A DNA stretch of 64,000 nt from the human T2T-CHM13v2.0 reference genome, Homo sapiens: the NCBI RefSeq assembly GCF_009914755.1, contig NC_060930.1. One strand, 5' to 3'. The translations under genes were made by a program, and so were the position numbers. The notes beneath the pieces are model-generated. The model was given only the letters and a program-made list of their open reading frames with translations. It was not told where the DNA came from and did no database searches. Positions 13,030 to 26,878 of the stretch are shown here, piece by piece; positions within the stretch are counted from its first letter, which is position 1, and each line of letters begins with the position of its first letter.

Positions 13030-13470
13030 TTCGCAAGTAGGCATTCCTCCAGAAGCAGACGCTGAGACAGGGATGGGAGTGCAAATAGTTTATTTGGGAG
13101 ATGATTTCAGGAAGTGTCAATAAGGGAATGGAGATGATATGGTGATGGGAAGAAAGCCAATAAAAAAATGTGTTGTCAAGTTGGGTACCTCAAGGGTAAT
13201 TAGGGCTCATTATTGCTTAGAATACAGTGCTAAACACTTCTTGAAATTATTCAAACTATGGGGAAGGGAACAAGAGTATTTTTATCCTAGGTCTGTCTCC
13301 AAGAGTCATTAACTCTTCCACCTTTCTAGCCTTCCCTGCAATGGGCTGCAGAGATTCTGGCAACTACAGAAAGCCTCAGGCACAGAATTTCAGAGCTTAC
13401 ATTTGGAAATTGTAGGGATTGCTTGCCTGGAAATGGTGAGAGCCTAAGGGAAAGTCACCTGCATCTATCT
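13030..13470 (-). mobile_element. ERVL LTR, LTR16 family
   Basis: ccagaagcagacgctgagacaggga...gtgcaaatagtttatttgggagatgat...gccaataaa...tgtgttgtcaag. Confidence 0.6.
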
Positions 13471-13639
13471 TGATTACTCTTAACTCTCTGACTTCTCTGC
13501 ACTCTCATCTGTCTCTGACCTCATGCATTCCCATGGAGGCAATATCCCCTCAAGGGAGCAAAACTTACCTTTTTTACACTGTTGCTTTCATCTAAGAAAG
13601 TCCTTACTTTTTCTTTCCTCTTCCACTCCTCTCTCAAAA

Positions 13640-13920
13640 TTTTATAATCTATCAAGGTCTGGCTCAAATGCCACTTACTTCCTCAAGGTTCCCTGTGCTC
13701 TTACTCTAACAGGGCACCTCCTGGCCCCACCTTTGAACTTCTAACCAACCTCTACTGCTTACCCTCATTCTACCGGGAATTAAAGTTACTTTTGGGCCCC
13801 TTCACATTCACTAGTTAAGTTCCTGGAGAAAAAAGATTGAGTCTTAGACAATGCCATACTTCCCAGGTGGTCTAACATAGTGCTTTGAACATAGTAAGTG
13901 CTCAAAGTTATGAATTGGAA
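13640..13920 (+). mobile_element. L2 3' fragment
   Basis: tcaaggtctggctcaaatgccact...ctaacatagtgctttgaacatagtaagtgctcaa. Confidence 0.6.
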
Positions 13921-14569
13921 GAAAAAATATTTTTATCCTTCAACTCTTTTTTTCTTTAGAAGAAAATTTACTTTTTGTCACAGCTCAATTCCTGGGTCAA
14001 TGTGGGGCATAGTGGGAGCACTTCGTGAACTCTGGCTTCCTCAGAAGTGGTGAAGATCACAAACTATCAGTCTGGGGAAACTCCACAATCCCTCTATAGG
14101 CATTGCTCCAAAAAGATTCCTCGTACTTTTTTAATCAATGCTAATTATTCATTATATTATTATGGGTATGCAAAATAATATACAGATGGCCCTGTCTGAA
14201 GAATTACAAAGGATTGCCTAGGCCTTTTTGGTTATCCAGGTGTTTTCTATTTTTTTCCACTGCTAGGGTGGCTTGTGTTAAATCTGGAAAGACAGATGCC
14301 TTACCAAATGCAGATCAAATCCTGAATGCATTGATGATGACAGTATGGTAATGATTTCTTAACTTCCTTTGCTTAGTGATACTTTCCTGAATAGTTTCAG
14401 TAAAGGAGCTAGCATACCAGGGGAGTTTTTCTGCAGCAGATAAACACCGAGTATATTCTACATTCTGAATCAGTGTTAGTGTTGTTGGTCAGTGATTCAG
14501 GGGGAAGAAATAATTCTCCCTTCTGCTATCTAAAAAATCTAAAGTTTGGAGGAATAGAGATAGCATTTT

Positions 14570-14645
14570 TTTAAGCCTGGTCAAAATTGCACAACTTGTA
14601 AGTGGCAGAGTTGGAATGCGAATCCATGCCCATCTGATTTTAGAA
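14570..14645 (-). mobile_element. MIR fragment
   Basis: gcacaacttgtaagtggcagagttggaatgcgaatcca. Confidence 0.6.
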
Positions 14646-17600
14646 ATGGACAATTGTTGGCCATGCTGCCCACACATAACCCTCTCCTACCAGCGTCTTC
14701 ACCATTCTACCACTCCTTTTTTCCAACAGGCAGCCCTTGTTGGTCACAGGTAAAAGTATGCATTTTGCCACCAGGGAAAACACAAAGGGCATGGATGGGT
14801 CCTAAGCTTCTAAGGACAGTCATCAGCCCTGAAAAATCCTCTAAATTACTATATTGACTACTCCTAACCATGAGAAAAGAAATAAATGTAATATTTTTCA
14901 TTGATATTATTGTTTCATTAATCGAAGCTGTCAAATTATAGAATGATTTTTCCAGGAGAGTGAGTCCAGCGTTATCTGCAGTTACTGGACCAGTGTTCGT
15001 GGGTCCTCAGTGGTCCGAATGGATTAAGAAAAGAGCATCAAGATGGAGACCTTTTGCCATCATGTTTTGTCATTCATGTTTAATTGTATTCATTTTATTT
15101 TCAAATGGCTGATTACACCTATAATTATTTCCAAAGTTATTTGCATCCTCAATATAATTTAGTTAACTTGTAATTTATATTTACATCCATAAAACTAGTT
15201 CCAAAATTATCTTTATTGAAATATATAATTAACATGACACAAACTTGTTAATCCACTTCACCCATTGTACATGTTTGTATCTTGATTGTAGTCTTTCAGG
15301 AAAAGAAAATTTTTTAACTTTGTAGGAGATGGCGTATGTAAATCCCCAAAAAACTGCCTTTGTTCTTCACTGCTGGAACATGATTCCCTCCCCAGTTTCC
15401 TGTGATAGGAAAACAAAATGGGATCAAACATGTGGTGTTTTGTTTTTGTTAATAGTATTAGGTCATCAGCTCTTCCCTGTTTCACAGATTGATACTTGGA
15501 AAAGGATGTAATGAATTATCTATTCCTAATGCTTTCTTCAAGAAGCTTCTAGAAACAGAGACTTAAGACTCTTAGAAAAATGGAAGCAGCAAGAGGAAGT
15601 TAACGTTTATATGCATGGGCCATAAAAAATGTATCCTTCTTTATTTCAAATTGGCAACAAAACAAGGAGAATAAGAATTTATATATATATGTAGGTCACA
15701 TACTGTTTTATTTAATTTACACAGAACATAGCATATCACATGCATCTCTGCTTAATATTTTAAACCTCTAATTATTTAGAATTGAAACCAGAATGTAAAT
15801 GTCCAAAGGATTAGTTTTCTCCCAGCTCTCACCAATGATTATCTGGAACAACTGCAAAATCTGTGTAGATCTCAGCCTAAGATCTATTTATACTACACAC
15901 ACACACACACACACACACCTCTACATATATTATATATTATATACATTATGCATGTTACATGTAATATATATGATTTATACCTAATATTAGTGACAACTCA
16001 GTTAAAATATTTAGTTAACCATACTACTCCATTTACTAAGCATTCTAGAAAATAGAGTTTGGCTTCTAATAATGTTCTTCAAATTTAAATTATATTTTAC
16101 TATAAGATTTATGGTATCTCTCACTTGACCAGCAGAAAACTTGAATAAGTGGGTACTTCTGTTTTTACCCAACAGACCATTAAAAACTCCTATATATGAA
16201 AGAGAGGGGTTGGGAAAATGTCTGGTTTGTTTGCTTGTTTGTCTGAATCTTGGATTCTTTGCCTCACCTCTGTCCAGAGAGGATTTGAGAAGACTGAACA
16301 ATTATAACAAAAAAGGTAAAAGGCTAAATAAAATTATAGTCCTAGAAATATATCTAAGAATAGATATTTAAGGCCACATTGGGATAAATTTCACAAATAT
16401 GGGAGCTCTAAATGTCTATGTAGTTTAATGGTCAAATTTTAATTCCTTGCAGCATTCTCGTTGTATTTTGTTTTTTTTTTTTTTTTTTTTGGCAGCGGAA
16501 GCAAAAAGAGATGAAATGTTACATCACCTTTTTTATAATAAGGAAAATACTGATGTGTACTGTCCAACCCTCCAATCTTGAAAGAATTTTGCTTCCTGAG
16601 TTTTAAATTGGTAAAATCCATAACAGTGTGATCTGTCAGTTGTGACAGAAATAATACATATATATGTTTTATATATATATATATATGCCATTGAAGCTGG
16701 CAGTTTTATCCAGCACTGTCCTGGGAAGAAAAAGAAAAATTTGTTTTTGAATGAAAAAGAAATGCATGTTTCTGGCTGGAATAATGTACTAGGTCCTAGG
16801 TTCTATAAGAAATTTCTCTTTAAATTATTCATCCCTCTTGGCTCTGCTTCTTATGTTTCCTCAGCAAATCTAAATACGGCAGGAAAAGCAGACCCCAGAT
16901 GGAGGACATTGGCATTCCAGCTTACGAGTCAGACTCTGAGGAGCTTGATAAGAGTGAGTCAGCCTCCCTGAGTCTGATCAACTTGGGAATGCTGACGACC
17001 CTGTGATAATTTTAGTAGAAAGACATATTGCCTGCCCCTGGAGACATCCAACCCCATCCTCACCATCCACAAGTATTCTTATCATTAGAGAAAAAGAAAC
17101 AAATCACTTCAAGCAAGATTGTCTTTTGTAGTGCAAATTCTGTAAGAAATTTATCAGGTAAGATTTTGCATCGGATATTCTGGCCTAAGTAGTTGATGAC
17201 ACCTGGAAACACAGGCAGAGGGCTGGTGGTTTTAATAGTATCCTTTGATAAGAACTGAGGGCTGCCATTAGAGCCTGAAGAAAAATACTTCTAAATAAGG
17301 CCAAGATAATGTGTTCCAAGTGGTACCATGTTTTCAGTGATCTGGACTAATGCATAAATGAAACTTTGAGTGCCTAGGGAATTGCCTTCCAAAAATCCTC
17401 CAGATGGTCACTTCCCCAGGAAGAGAGCCTAGAGGCAACCCAGGATTACATTCTCTATGAAGAGTCTGGAATCTATAAGGAGAATTTAGTCTAGAGGAAG
17501 GGCCTGAGATCCTTTTCCTGAGTTTGTTGGTTGAGGGAGCATCCTACACTTTGGGATTTGGGAAAGCGGAAACTTACTCAATTTCATATCCTTGTTTGGA

Positions 17601-18933
17601 AATACAGAATCCTAACCAAGACCCTGGCCTCAAAGGAGAACTGCTCAGCTTCTACAGAGAGTGACTAAACAGATAAACTGATGGAAAAATAAAAATTTTT
17701 CTCAAACAGTTGTATTTATTCTCTTGTAGCAAATAAGCAAATGGCTGACTCAGCCTCTGAAGATCACCACTATGATGAGTTTTACCTGTGAGGCTTCTAA
17801 AGCAGAAGTTGCCATGAGCATCTGTTCACTGTGCCTATGGAGACACAGCCAGGAAACATATTAAAGGATATTAATTTAGATGATTAAATGTATTTAGTTG
17901 AATAAATATTATAATTTTATATTGAAATTACTTTTATATGATTGTGTTTTATGCACTGATTTCATCAAGCAATCTCACTACTTACTATGAACAAGCCGCA
18001 TTTTATTATAATGGCAGTGGACATTATAAGTTAATATAAAATTCTTCCAATTCTCTTACAGCCTTTGATGATGCCCTTTGTTCAGCAGAAATGTGGTTGC
18101 TCCTGAGGGAGTTAACAACATGATAACTAATTTCTTAGAAAGGTGAAAGCAATTTACAATTATTTTATTATATAGTTCGGTATGTTTATTATAACTATGA
18201 TAAAATGGTGACAAAAATAAAATGTCAAATCACCCATAATCACAACACCCAAAGATAATATTTTGGTATGCAACTTTATCCTCCAGTTTACAAAAAGTAT
18301 ATTTTGTAAAATATATCAAGAAAGAGAAAGAGATTTCCAGGAGTAACGAAGAGCAACGCAACCCCCAAAGCTGGCTGGCTGATACTGACCAGCTAAGTGA
18401 ACTGGCACACGTTGTTCAACTTCTCTATGCCTTCATTGTCTCATCTCTAAAACACATGCATATTGTCTGGTAGAAATGGTGTCTATCCCCAGATCCCATT
18501 TCACCAGACCAAGTATTAAGTAACTGATAAAAGGAATAAAATGCTAGTATCTCTCTAATGCCTATTTTCTTCTTATTTATCCTACCTGTATTATTTCTTA
18601 CTTCCTTCCATTCCTCCTTCTCTCCTGGATTTGTAAAATATAAATCAATTAACTAAACTTACTTTCTTGACAATAATCAGCCTTAAAACTTTGTGTAGCC
18701 CAAACCCTTTTTGAATTTAATTGTAAGTTTTAACTCTCTTTTCAGGAAAAAAAAAAAATAGCATATGGGATAATACAAGCAGGTACCTGAATAATATTTC
18801 AGGCCCTTCATAGCCCATACTCAACTCCCTAAAGAAGCTAGAACCCCTATTCCAGCTTTCCTCCTTTCCTCTGCTCTCTAGTTGGATTTTCTTATCTGAC
18901 ATTACTCTCAATAACACATTAGAACCTTTCCTT

Positions 18934-19582
18934 TTCAGGGGCCAAGGGAGAGCTTTCCCCTTGGTCCTCTCAAGTTTCTATGAAAAATCAACTTGCAAAA
19001 GGTAGATTAATTGGGGAAAAGGTTTACAAATTTATTTAATGTGCATACGCAGGAGCCTTCAGAATAGAAACCCAAAGATACAGAAGAAATTGTTCATTTT
19101 ATGCTTAGGTTAAATGAAGTATGGATGATTGTGTAGAAATATGATTGGACAAGAAGGGTATGATCTCATGCTAATAGATCGAGTGAGGAAAGCCAGCAAG
19201 GCCTGTCTGTCTGTATTCTTCTTGGCCCCTTTGAGCATGTATTTCTTCCTTCTAGGTGTGAGGCAGGACCATCTCTGGAATGGGGGTCTTATGACCTACA
19301 GTCAAACAAGGTATATCAGATAAATTATGGCCAGTTTTTACACAGAAAGATGTCAGGAGGGAGTTAAAGTAATATTTTTAGGTTTTTATGGTTGGCTTTG
19401 GGGAAAAGCGGTTCTGGCTTCTATGACTTGCCTCGCAGAAAAGAGATTCTAGTTTCTATGATAGTCCTCCAGGGAGAGTGGGACTATGAAACAGGAGGGC
19501 AGGAGAAGGTCAGAGAAAATCTTTTGCTTCTGAGGCTGCTTCTGAAGCCTTCATTTGGGTTATTGTTTTCTGAGTCCCAACA
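18934..19582 (-). mobile_element. MER39-like ERV1 solo LTR (copy 1)
   Basis: Minus strand begins tgttgggactcagaaaacaataacccaaatgaaggcttcagaagcagcctcagaagcaaaag; co-linear with 26245-26878. Confidence 0.78.
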
Positions 19583-21319
19583 CCCCTCAATCCACTGGTA
19601 GAATAGACTTTCCATTTGCTTCTGCAGCTTATAGTCAGCAGTTATAGGGCTAGTGGGCAGGGATGGGGGTGTGGTGTTTGATATGGGAGAGAAAGGGGAA
19701 TATACATCACCCAGTTTCTTCTCACAACCTGCTGGACCTGCAGATGACCAGTTTAGTCACCTATGTACAGTCAGTGATAAATGTGACAAAAATACTTGTG
19801 ACTCCCAAACATGTGGGGAAATAAAGGGAAAAAGATATAGTCTAAAAGACCAAGAGAACAGCCTCAAAAGTAGCAGAAGGTTCTGCATAATATAGGAAAG
19901 TCTTTGTGGGCTCTGGCTACCAGATGCTTGTTATTCAAAGATTTCATTACGGTGCAATTCATAGGCATCTAAAATACCAGGAAATATACTAATAGCATTT
20001 GCAGTCCATCCCAAACCAGGAAGATTTCAAAAGTGTTCCATGTGAGCTCAGCCTTTTGCTTTGTTCACAAAGCAACCTGATCACTTGCTTAAGAGAGAAA
20101 ATAGACTGTTTTTTAACCTTGCCTTTAAATTGTGAAATTCCTGTGATAAAAATAAGAAATAGTATATGAAGCCTTGGGGTCAGATCACCCACTGGTTTTC
20201 AGGAGTTCTCAATAGAGTTACTAGGCTTTGAAGCAACAAGGTGAAGGGAGATTATGGTTTCATACTAGTATTTGAATTTCCTGAGATTTATTTGCTTGAG
20301 AAAGACCCTTATCATCGTTGAAATGTTTAAAGAATTGAAAGAGCTGTTTTCTTGTTTGCAAATCCACTTTTTGCAATAGAAACCTCTAGGATGGAATGGA
20401 ACAGCCACTGAACTTAAAACTGCATTTTATATGTTTTTTTTCTTACCCGATAAAAATACCAATCCCAGGATTCAATTTGTATAATTCTTCTTTCATACTC
20501 CAGTAACATCCTTAAATATTGGAAAAATCTTTACTTTGTGGGGGAGGGGAAGAAAACGATAACAGATCCTCTACCACATGATAAACCATGATATTTTCCT
20601 CAGTTGTTAGTCACATTGTACTTTTGGCCATGCCCCAGAAACCACAACCCTCAATTACATTTGCTTTCAGACATGTGGAAGAAACACATGCTAAAGTAAT
20701 TAGCAAAACTATGACATTTACATTTTTCCCCTGTCAGTCCCTGTGATTCTTCAGCATATGATTCTACGTGAACCAAAACAATCATACATCAAGCTGACCA
20801 CATTTATCCTTATCTAGTGCTTTGAAAATGTCAAAAAGTAAAACAGAAGAAAACAGTTTTTTCATAGACTTAGCACACTCTACTCCCTGTTTGGCAACAA
20901 GAACCACATGTGACAATGGCAGGAAGGTAAAGCATCACGTCTTATCCCAAAGTCATTGCACTCTGCAGACAGCCAACTGAGTTTGATGACTAGTGGCTCT
21001 GAGCTGTCTCATTTGCCCTGCATTTGCTGTTCCTCCTTCTCTGTTGACAGATTCTAGTGCTCATTAAATGAAACGTGTAGTACAACCTGAAATTAATGAC
21101 CTTTAAGTAGAAAATGAAAATAGAACATCAAATTTTCATAGTATCAGGAGATTTGTTGCAGCAATGGTAAGTGTATCTTCTAACTCCATCAGCCAATATG
21201 TAATAGAACATCTTAGAGAGCAGTAAGAGTGTTGTGCATTTGCTTATGCCCCTATTACCCAATTTACTTATAGGACTTTAATAATTGTTCACCATTGACT
21301 TCATATCTTCATAATCCCA

Positions 21320-21530
21320 CAAGCATTCATTAATCATCTACTGTGGGCCAAGCACATAGACACTGCATGTATAAAGATGAATAAGGCATGGCCCTTGCTC
21401 TCAGGAAGCTCACAAAATAGCGGGAATGACAGACATATATGTTAATGATATTGCATAGTGGGATAGAGTTATAACCAAGCTAACTAAAACACTCTATGAA
21501 GCACAGATAAAGAGACTTCATCTGTGAGTC
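21320..21530 (-). mobile_element. L2 fragment
   Basis: cattcattaatcatctactgtgggccaagcac...aagatgaataaggcatggcccttgctctcaggaagctcaca. Confidence 0.65.
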
Positions 21531-21579
21531 ACAACGGAAGCTGTGACCCTGACCACAGCCAAGAAATATGTCTTTAGTA

Positions 21580-22015
21580 ATCATGCTACCTATCTTTTTG
21601 TTTGCCTTTCTAGATCTCCTCCCTACCTTTCTCCACCCTGTTCTTGCCCCATGAAGCTGACCTCTGAGGACTGGACAAACAGGCTCTTTTGCCCTCTTGG
21701 CAAGAGATAAGAGGATTAAAGGAAGAGATTAGGCTATTTGTTTCCCTCTACTTTCCTGCCTAGTTTCCATGGACTGGTGGCATCTTTCTACCAAAGGCTA
21801 TAGCTCCTGTCAGAGCCCTTTCCACACAACTCCCCTCTCCAGATTCCCAGTCCCACTCTCCCCTTCCCCTTTTCAGCCTAGGAGAAATAACGATCCCTTG
21901 TTGGCTTCCTACACTCTGCCCACACCTAAATAAAAAAATAACCCTTTATTAAACTCTCTTCAGTTACCCAGTTTGAAAATTTTGTCTGCTTCTTGCCAGG
22001 ACTCTGACTAATGCA
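21580..22015 (+). mobile_element. LTR33-like ERVL LTR
   Basis: ctttctccaccctgttcttgccccatgaagctgacctc...ctttattaaactctcttcagttaccc...ccaggactctgactaatgca. Confidence 0.7.
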
Positions 22016-22237
22016 GTAACCCTCTAGGAATTTAAGGGATTCAATAATTTCAGTGTTACTCATAGAGAATCCAGCTTGGGAGCACACAACTAGGGTCTCA
22101 CCAGTCACTGAGCAAACCCATCACAAATGTCCTCAAAAGATACCCCTCCTAATAATTCCAGTTCTTACCCAGGAGAGCCACTTACTCTAGAACAGGCCCT
22201 ACCTCATCAATCCTGCCATAGGCAAACTGAAATAACA

Positions 22238-22719
22238 ACAGAGTTCAGGACATGCTACACAAAAATATGGCACCCTAGCATGTGAGGAAACAGCAGAAGT
22301 AGGATATAGAAAGAATTCCACTTGTACCTTTGCCCCCGAAGCAGGCCATAAAACCTCCCCTGAAAATAGGTCATAAACCTCTCATTCCAGAGGAGTCCTC
22401 TGTATTCCTGGAAAAAGGAATGTCACAGAGATATTAAGAAGCATTGGGACAAAGCGGCCTTCTTAAGTCCCCCCAGTTTATTACCATTAGATCATACTCT
22501 TTTGTTCTCTAATCATACCTCTCTGCGTGACTGTCCATAAAAATATAGTTTTCCCTGTTTCTTTGGGTCTTTATTTCTGAAGGCTACCATGTCACATAAA
22601 ATTTGTATTAAATAAATATATATGCTTTTCTTTTGTTAATCTGTCTTTTGTTATAGGGGTCTCAGCCATAAACCTTGTGATGCATGAGGAAAAACTATTA
22701 CCTTTTTTTTTTTTCTACA
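22238..22719 (+). mobile_element. MER34-family ERV1 solo LTR
   Basis: gttcaggacatgctacacaaaaatatggcacc...ttattaccattagatcatac...ttgttaatctgtcttttgttatagggg...ctaca. Confidence 0.72.
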
Positions 22720-22748
22720 CTAACACCCACCATTTTGCAGTGAGGTCA

Positions 22749-23378
22749 GGGGGTAGACAGAATTCTAAGAGACCTCCAAGCTTCCCAGCCCCTGACACAC
22801 ACACATTTTTCCCAGTAATTTAATCGAATGCTGATCTAGTTGCTGCTATGAAAGAATTTTGGAGATGTGACTAGGATCCCAAATAAGCTGTCCTTAAATT
22901 ACAGCTATTATCTGGTGAGCCTGATCTAATCCCATGAGCATTTCAAAGCCAGAGAGTTTTCTCCAGCTGATCGAAGGAGTGCATGTCAGAGGTATATGCT
23001 CTGGCTGACTTGGAAGACAGCAGGCATCCATACTATGAACTGCCTATGGAGGCCATGTAGTAAGGAACTGAGGGTGGGCTCTGGGAGCTGAGAGAGGTCC
23101 TTGGCCAACAACCAGCAAGAAAATAGGGCCTCAGTCCTGCAACTACATGGAAATGGATATGTCCAACAATTACTGAACTTAGCAGAGGACTCCAGGACTC
23201 AAATGAGAACCACAGCCCGAGCTGACACCTTCATTCAGCCTGCTGAGACCCTGAGCAGAGAATTTGGCTATGTCATTCAAGATTCTGCCCAACAGAAACT
23301 ACGAGATAATAAATTTGTGATATTTTATAGCTACTAAGCTTGCAATAAATTGTCAGGCAGCAATAGGGAACTAATACA
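22749..23378 (+). mobile_element. MLT1E-type MaLR LTR
   Basis: gtagacagaattctaaga...gccaacaaccagcaagaaaatagggcctcagtcc...gcagcaatagggaactaataca. Confidence 0.78.
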
Positions 23379-23650
23379 GGCAACATGGTAGCTTTGCTCT
23401 GCTTTTGGCAAATGAATTAACTTAAACACAAGTTTCTTCAAAAAAATAAAACATATTCCTTTCAGTGCAAACACTTTGATATATTAATATATTATCCATT
23501 CATTTGCCTTATTATGTAGTACTTAGTGTACTGCCTGATATTGAAAACATCTAATAAATAGGTGCTGAATGAAATATACAGGAATCATTTGACATTTTCT
23601 TCATTACTCAGATTACTAAATTCTAAAAGCATCCATTATTTACTAGACTC

Positions 23651-24034
23651 TGTGAAAGATTGGATTACTCATTACCAATATCCACTGTCTTTCATTAGGA
23701 GAGGGTTATGCTTTCCTGTACCTTTGAAGTAAGGCTTGGCATGTAATTTACAGCAGCTAATAGTAAGCAGAAGCAATATGATCACCACCATGCAGAAGCC
23801 TTAAGAGTCCTTTTGTGCTTCGCCCTGCATTTTCCCTGCTCTCATCACTAGCGTGTTTCCAGGTAGGGGATGCTCTACCTGAGGTTTTGGGCCACAGTGA
23901 TGCAGAGCAGAGCCCCAGTCAATCCACAACTGCCATGCAGTGTGACCAAGAAATAAACCTTTGCTGTTCCAAGGCATTGAGACATTGGGATATTTTGGCA
24001 CTATGACATAATCTAGCCCATGTTAACTGATACA
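23651..24034 (+). mobile_element. MLT1J/I-type MaLR LTR
   Basis: TG...CA ends; gaaataaacctttgctgttcc...ctgataca; near-match 5-bp TSD gactc/gattc. Confidence 0.72.
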
Positions 24035-24086
24035 GATTCCAATAATACTGATGCCTTCAAGAGTTATTAAGAAGTATATGATCTCA

Positions 24087-25075
<989 letters not shown>

Positions 25076-26244
25076 AGAACAAAAGTGGATACTCATTTTC
25101 CCTTAGCACTAACTACCTCTTTGCCTGGTATAATTTTTGCTTCCTTCCTGTGGCATCATCTCTAGACATATCCTTTTAATGTATATGCTTCTTTTAACTG
25201 ATTTCATTTCATATACAGTGTCAGGCTTAGGATCCTGAAAAAGGCTCTATCCAAAACAAAAACATGCATATGTTTTGTGAGAATGTTTTCTCACTTACAG
25301 ATTATTCTCATTTGCTTTCAGAAGCATGGTCATATTTCAGGGTTTAAATGGAAGGCTGCTTTCCATGTGGGTGAGTCATTAATTATAACAATTATAATTT
25401 GTATATTTTTTAAACTACATGCAAAATAAAAAAGTTTTGGCTCTAAAATGGCTTAATCTCAGGAACTCATCATAGAGTAACTGTCTCTTCTCAGGAGGCA
25501 TTAAATGCCTGTGAGCACCACAATCTAGTATGACTTCAGGCACTTAGACTCTTACCTCCACACCTCACTTTGTTTGCTTACTCAACTGCTAATGTTGACT
25601 AGCTATTGGGTATCCATCATACTCTCCCTGTTGATGGGGAGGTCTATGCATACTTGGTTAACCATTAACATGCAAGATGGTGTAGGAATTCAAAGAAAAT
25701 GTAGTCTTTGCCCTTCATAAATTTGTAGTTTTGTAAGCTTCAATTTTTCAGCTTGAAAACTTCTGGAGTATAAGGAAAGGCAGAAAAAAACTTTGCCTAA
25801 TGAGATAAACAGCCATTAAGAATTCACTTTTCCTCACTACTCTCCGTTCCAGTGTCTACTGTCTAAAATGGTCCACAGTATTGAGGAACACAGAAGCAAT
25901 ATTAGGCAGCTCTCCATGAATAGTTTTGAAACACTGTCTTCCTTATATTCCTCAAACATCTATTTCTCCATATGTCCCGACTTTCCTTTTTCCTCCTAGA
26001 AAATAAAAAAAAATTATATCACTCTACCATTTAATTTTGCCATAATGCTTTCCTTCTCAGAACCCCCTAAAGACTTCCAATGTCCTTCCAAATCAGATAA
26101 AAATTGGCCAGCAGCTGTTACAAGATTCTTCGTCAAATGACCGCAATGTTCTCTTGTTCAAGCAGATGAGATTTCTAGTTCAATTCATGGTCCCAGAAGA
26201 ACTACTCAGCCTCCATGAGGGACCAAGAGTAGGATTCTAGCACT

Positions 26245-26878
26245 TGTAGGGCTCAAGGGACGGGTTCTTGGACCTCTGAAGATTCACTAAAAAATCAACT
26301 CAGGTAGATTAATTGGAGAAAAGGTGTACAAATTTATTTAACATGTATACATGGAAGCCTTCAGAATGAAGAGCCAAAAATACAATAAAAATTGTCAATT
26401 TTTATGCCTAGGTTAAATAAAGTATGAACAGCAGTGTAGAAATATAATTGGACAAAAAGTTATGATCGAATGTTAATTAGATCATTTTCTCTTGTGGGAA
26501 AACGCAGAAGGGCCTGTTTGTTTAGATTCTTCTTGATCTCTCTTGAGTGTACATTCCTTCCTTCTCAGAGGTGGGGCAGGACTCTCTCTGGAATGAATGT
26601 CTTATGACCTAAACAAGATCGATAAAATAATTTCTTTATGGCCAGTTTTTACACAGAAAGGTGGAGGAACGTTAAGTAATATTTTTAGGTTTTATGGCTG
26701 TCTTGAGGGGGATAAAGGGATTCTGGTTTCTGTAACCTGCCTGGGGACAACGGGGTTCCTAGTTTCTATGGCTAGCCTTGGAGGAGAATGAGACTGAGAC
26801 AGTGGGCAGAAGAAGGCCAGAGAAAAATTTTTGCTTCTGAGGCCTTCATTTTGGGGTATTGTTTTGTGGGCATTAACA
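26245..26878 (-). mobile_element. MER39-like ERV1 solo LTR (copy 2)
   Basis: tgtaggg...ggtagattaattggagaaaagg...ttttgcttctgaggccttcattttggggtattgtttt...aaca; co-linear with copy 1. Confidence 0.78.

Noticed and set aside
17132-17157. Microexon encoding CKFCKKFI (CxxC)
   Set aside because: 26 nt is not frame-preserving and no neighbouring coding exons were found; likely chance.
12736-19582. Decidual prolactin promoter (MER20 + MER39)
   Set aside because: The elements are about 6 kb apart and no prolactin exons are visible in the window.
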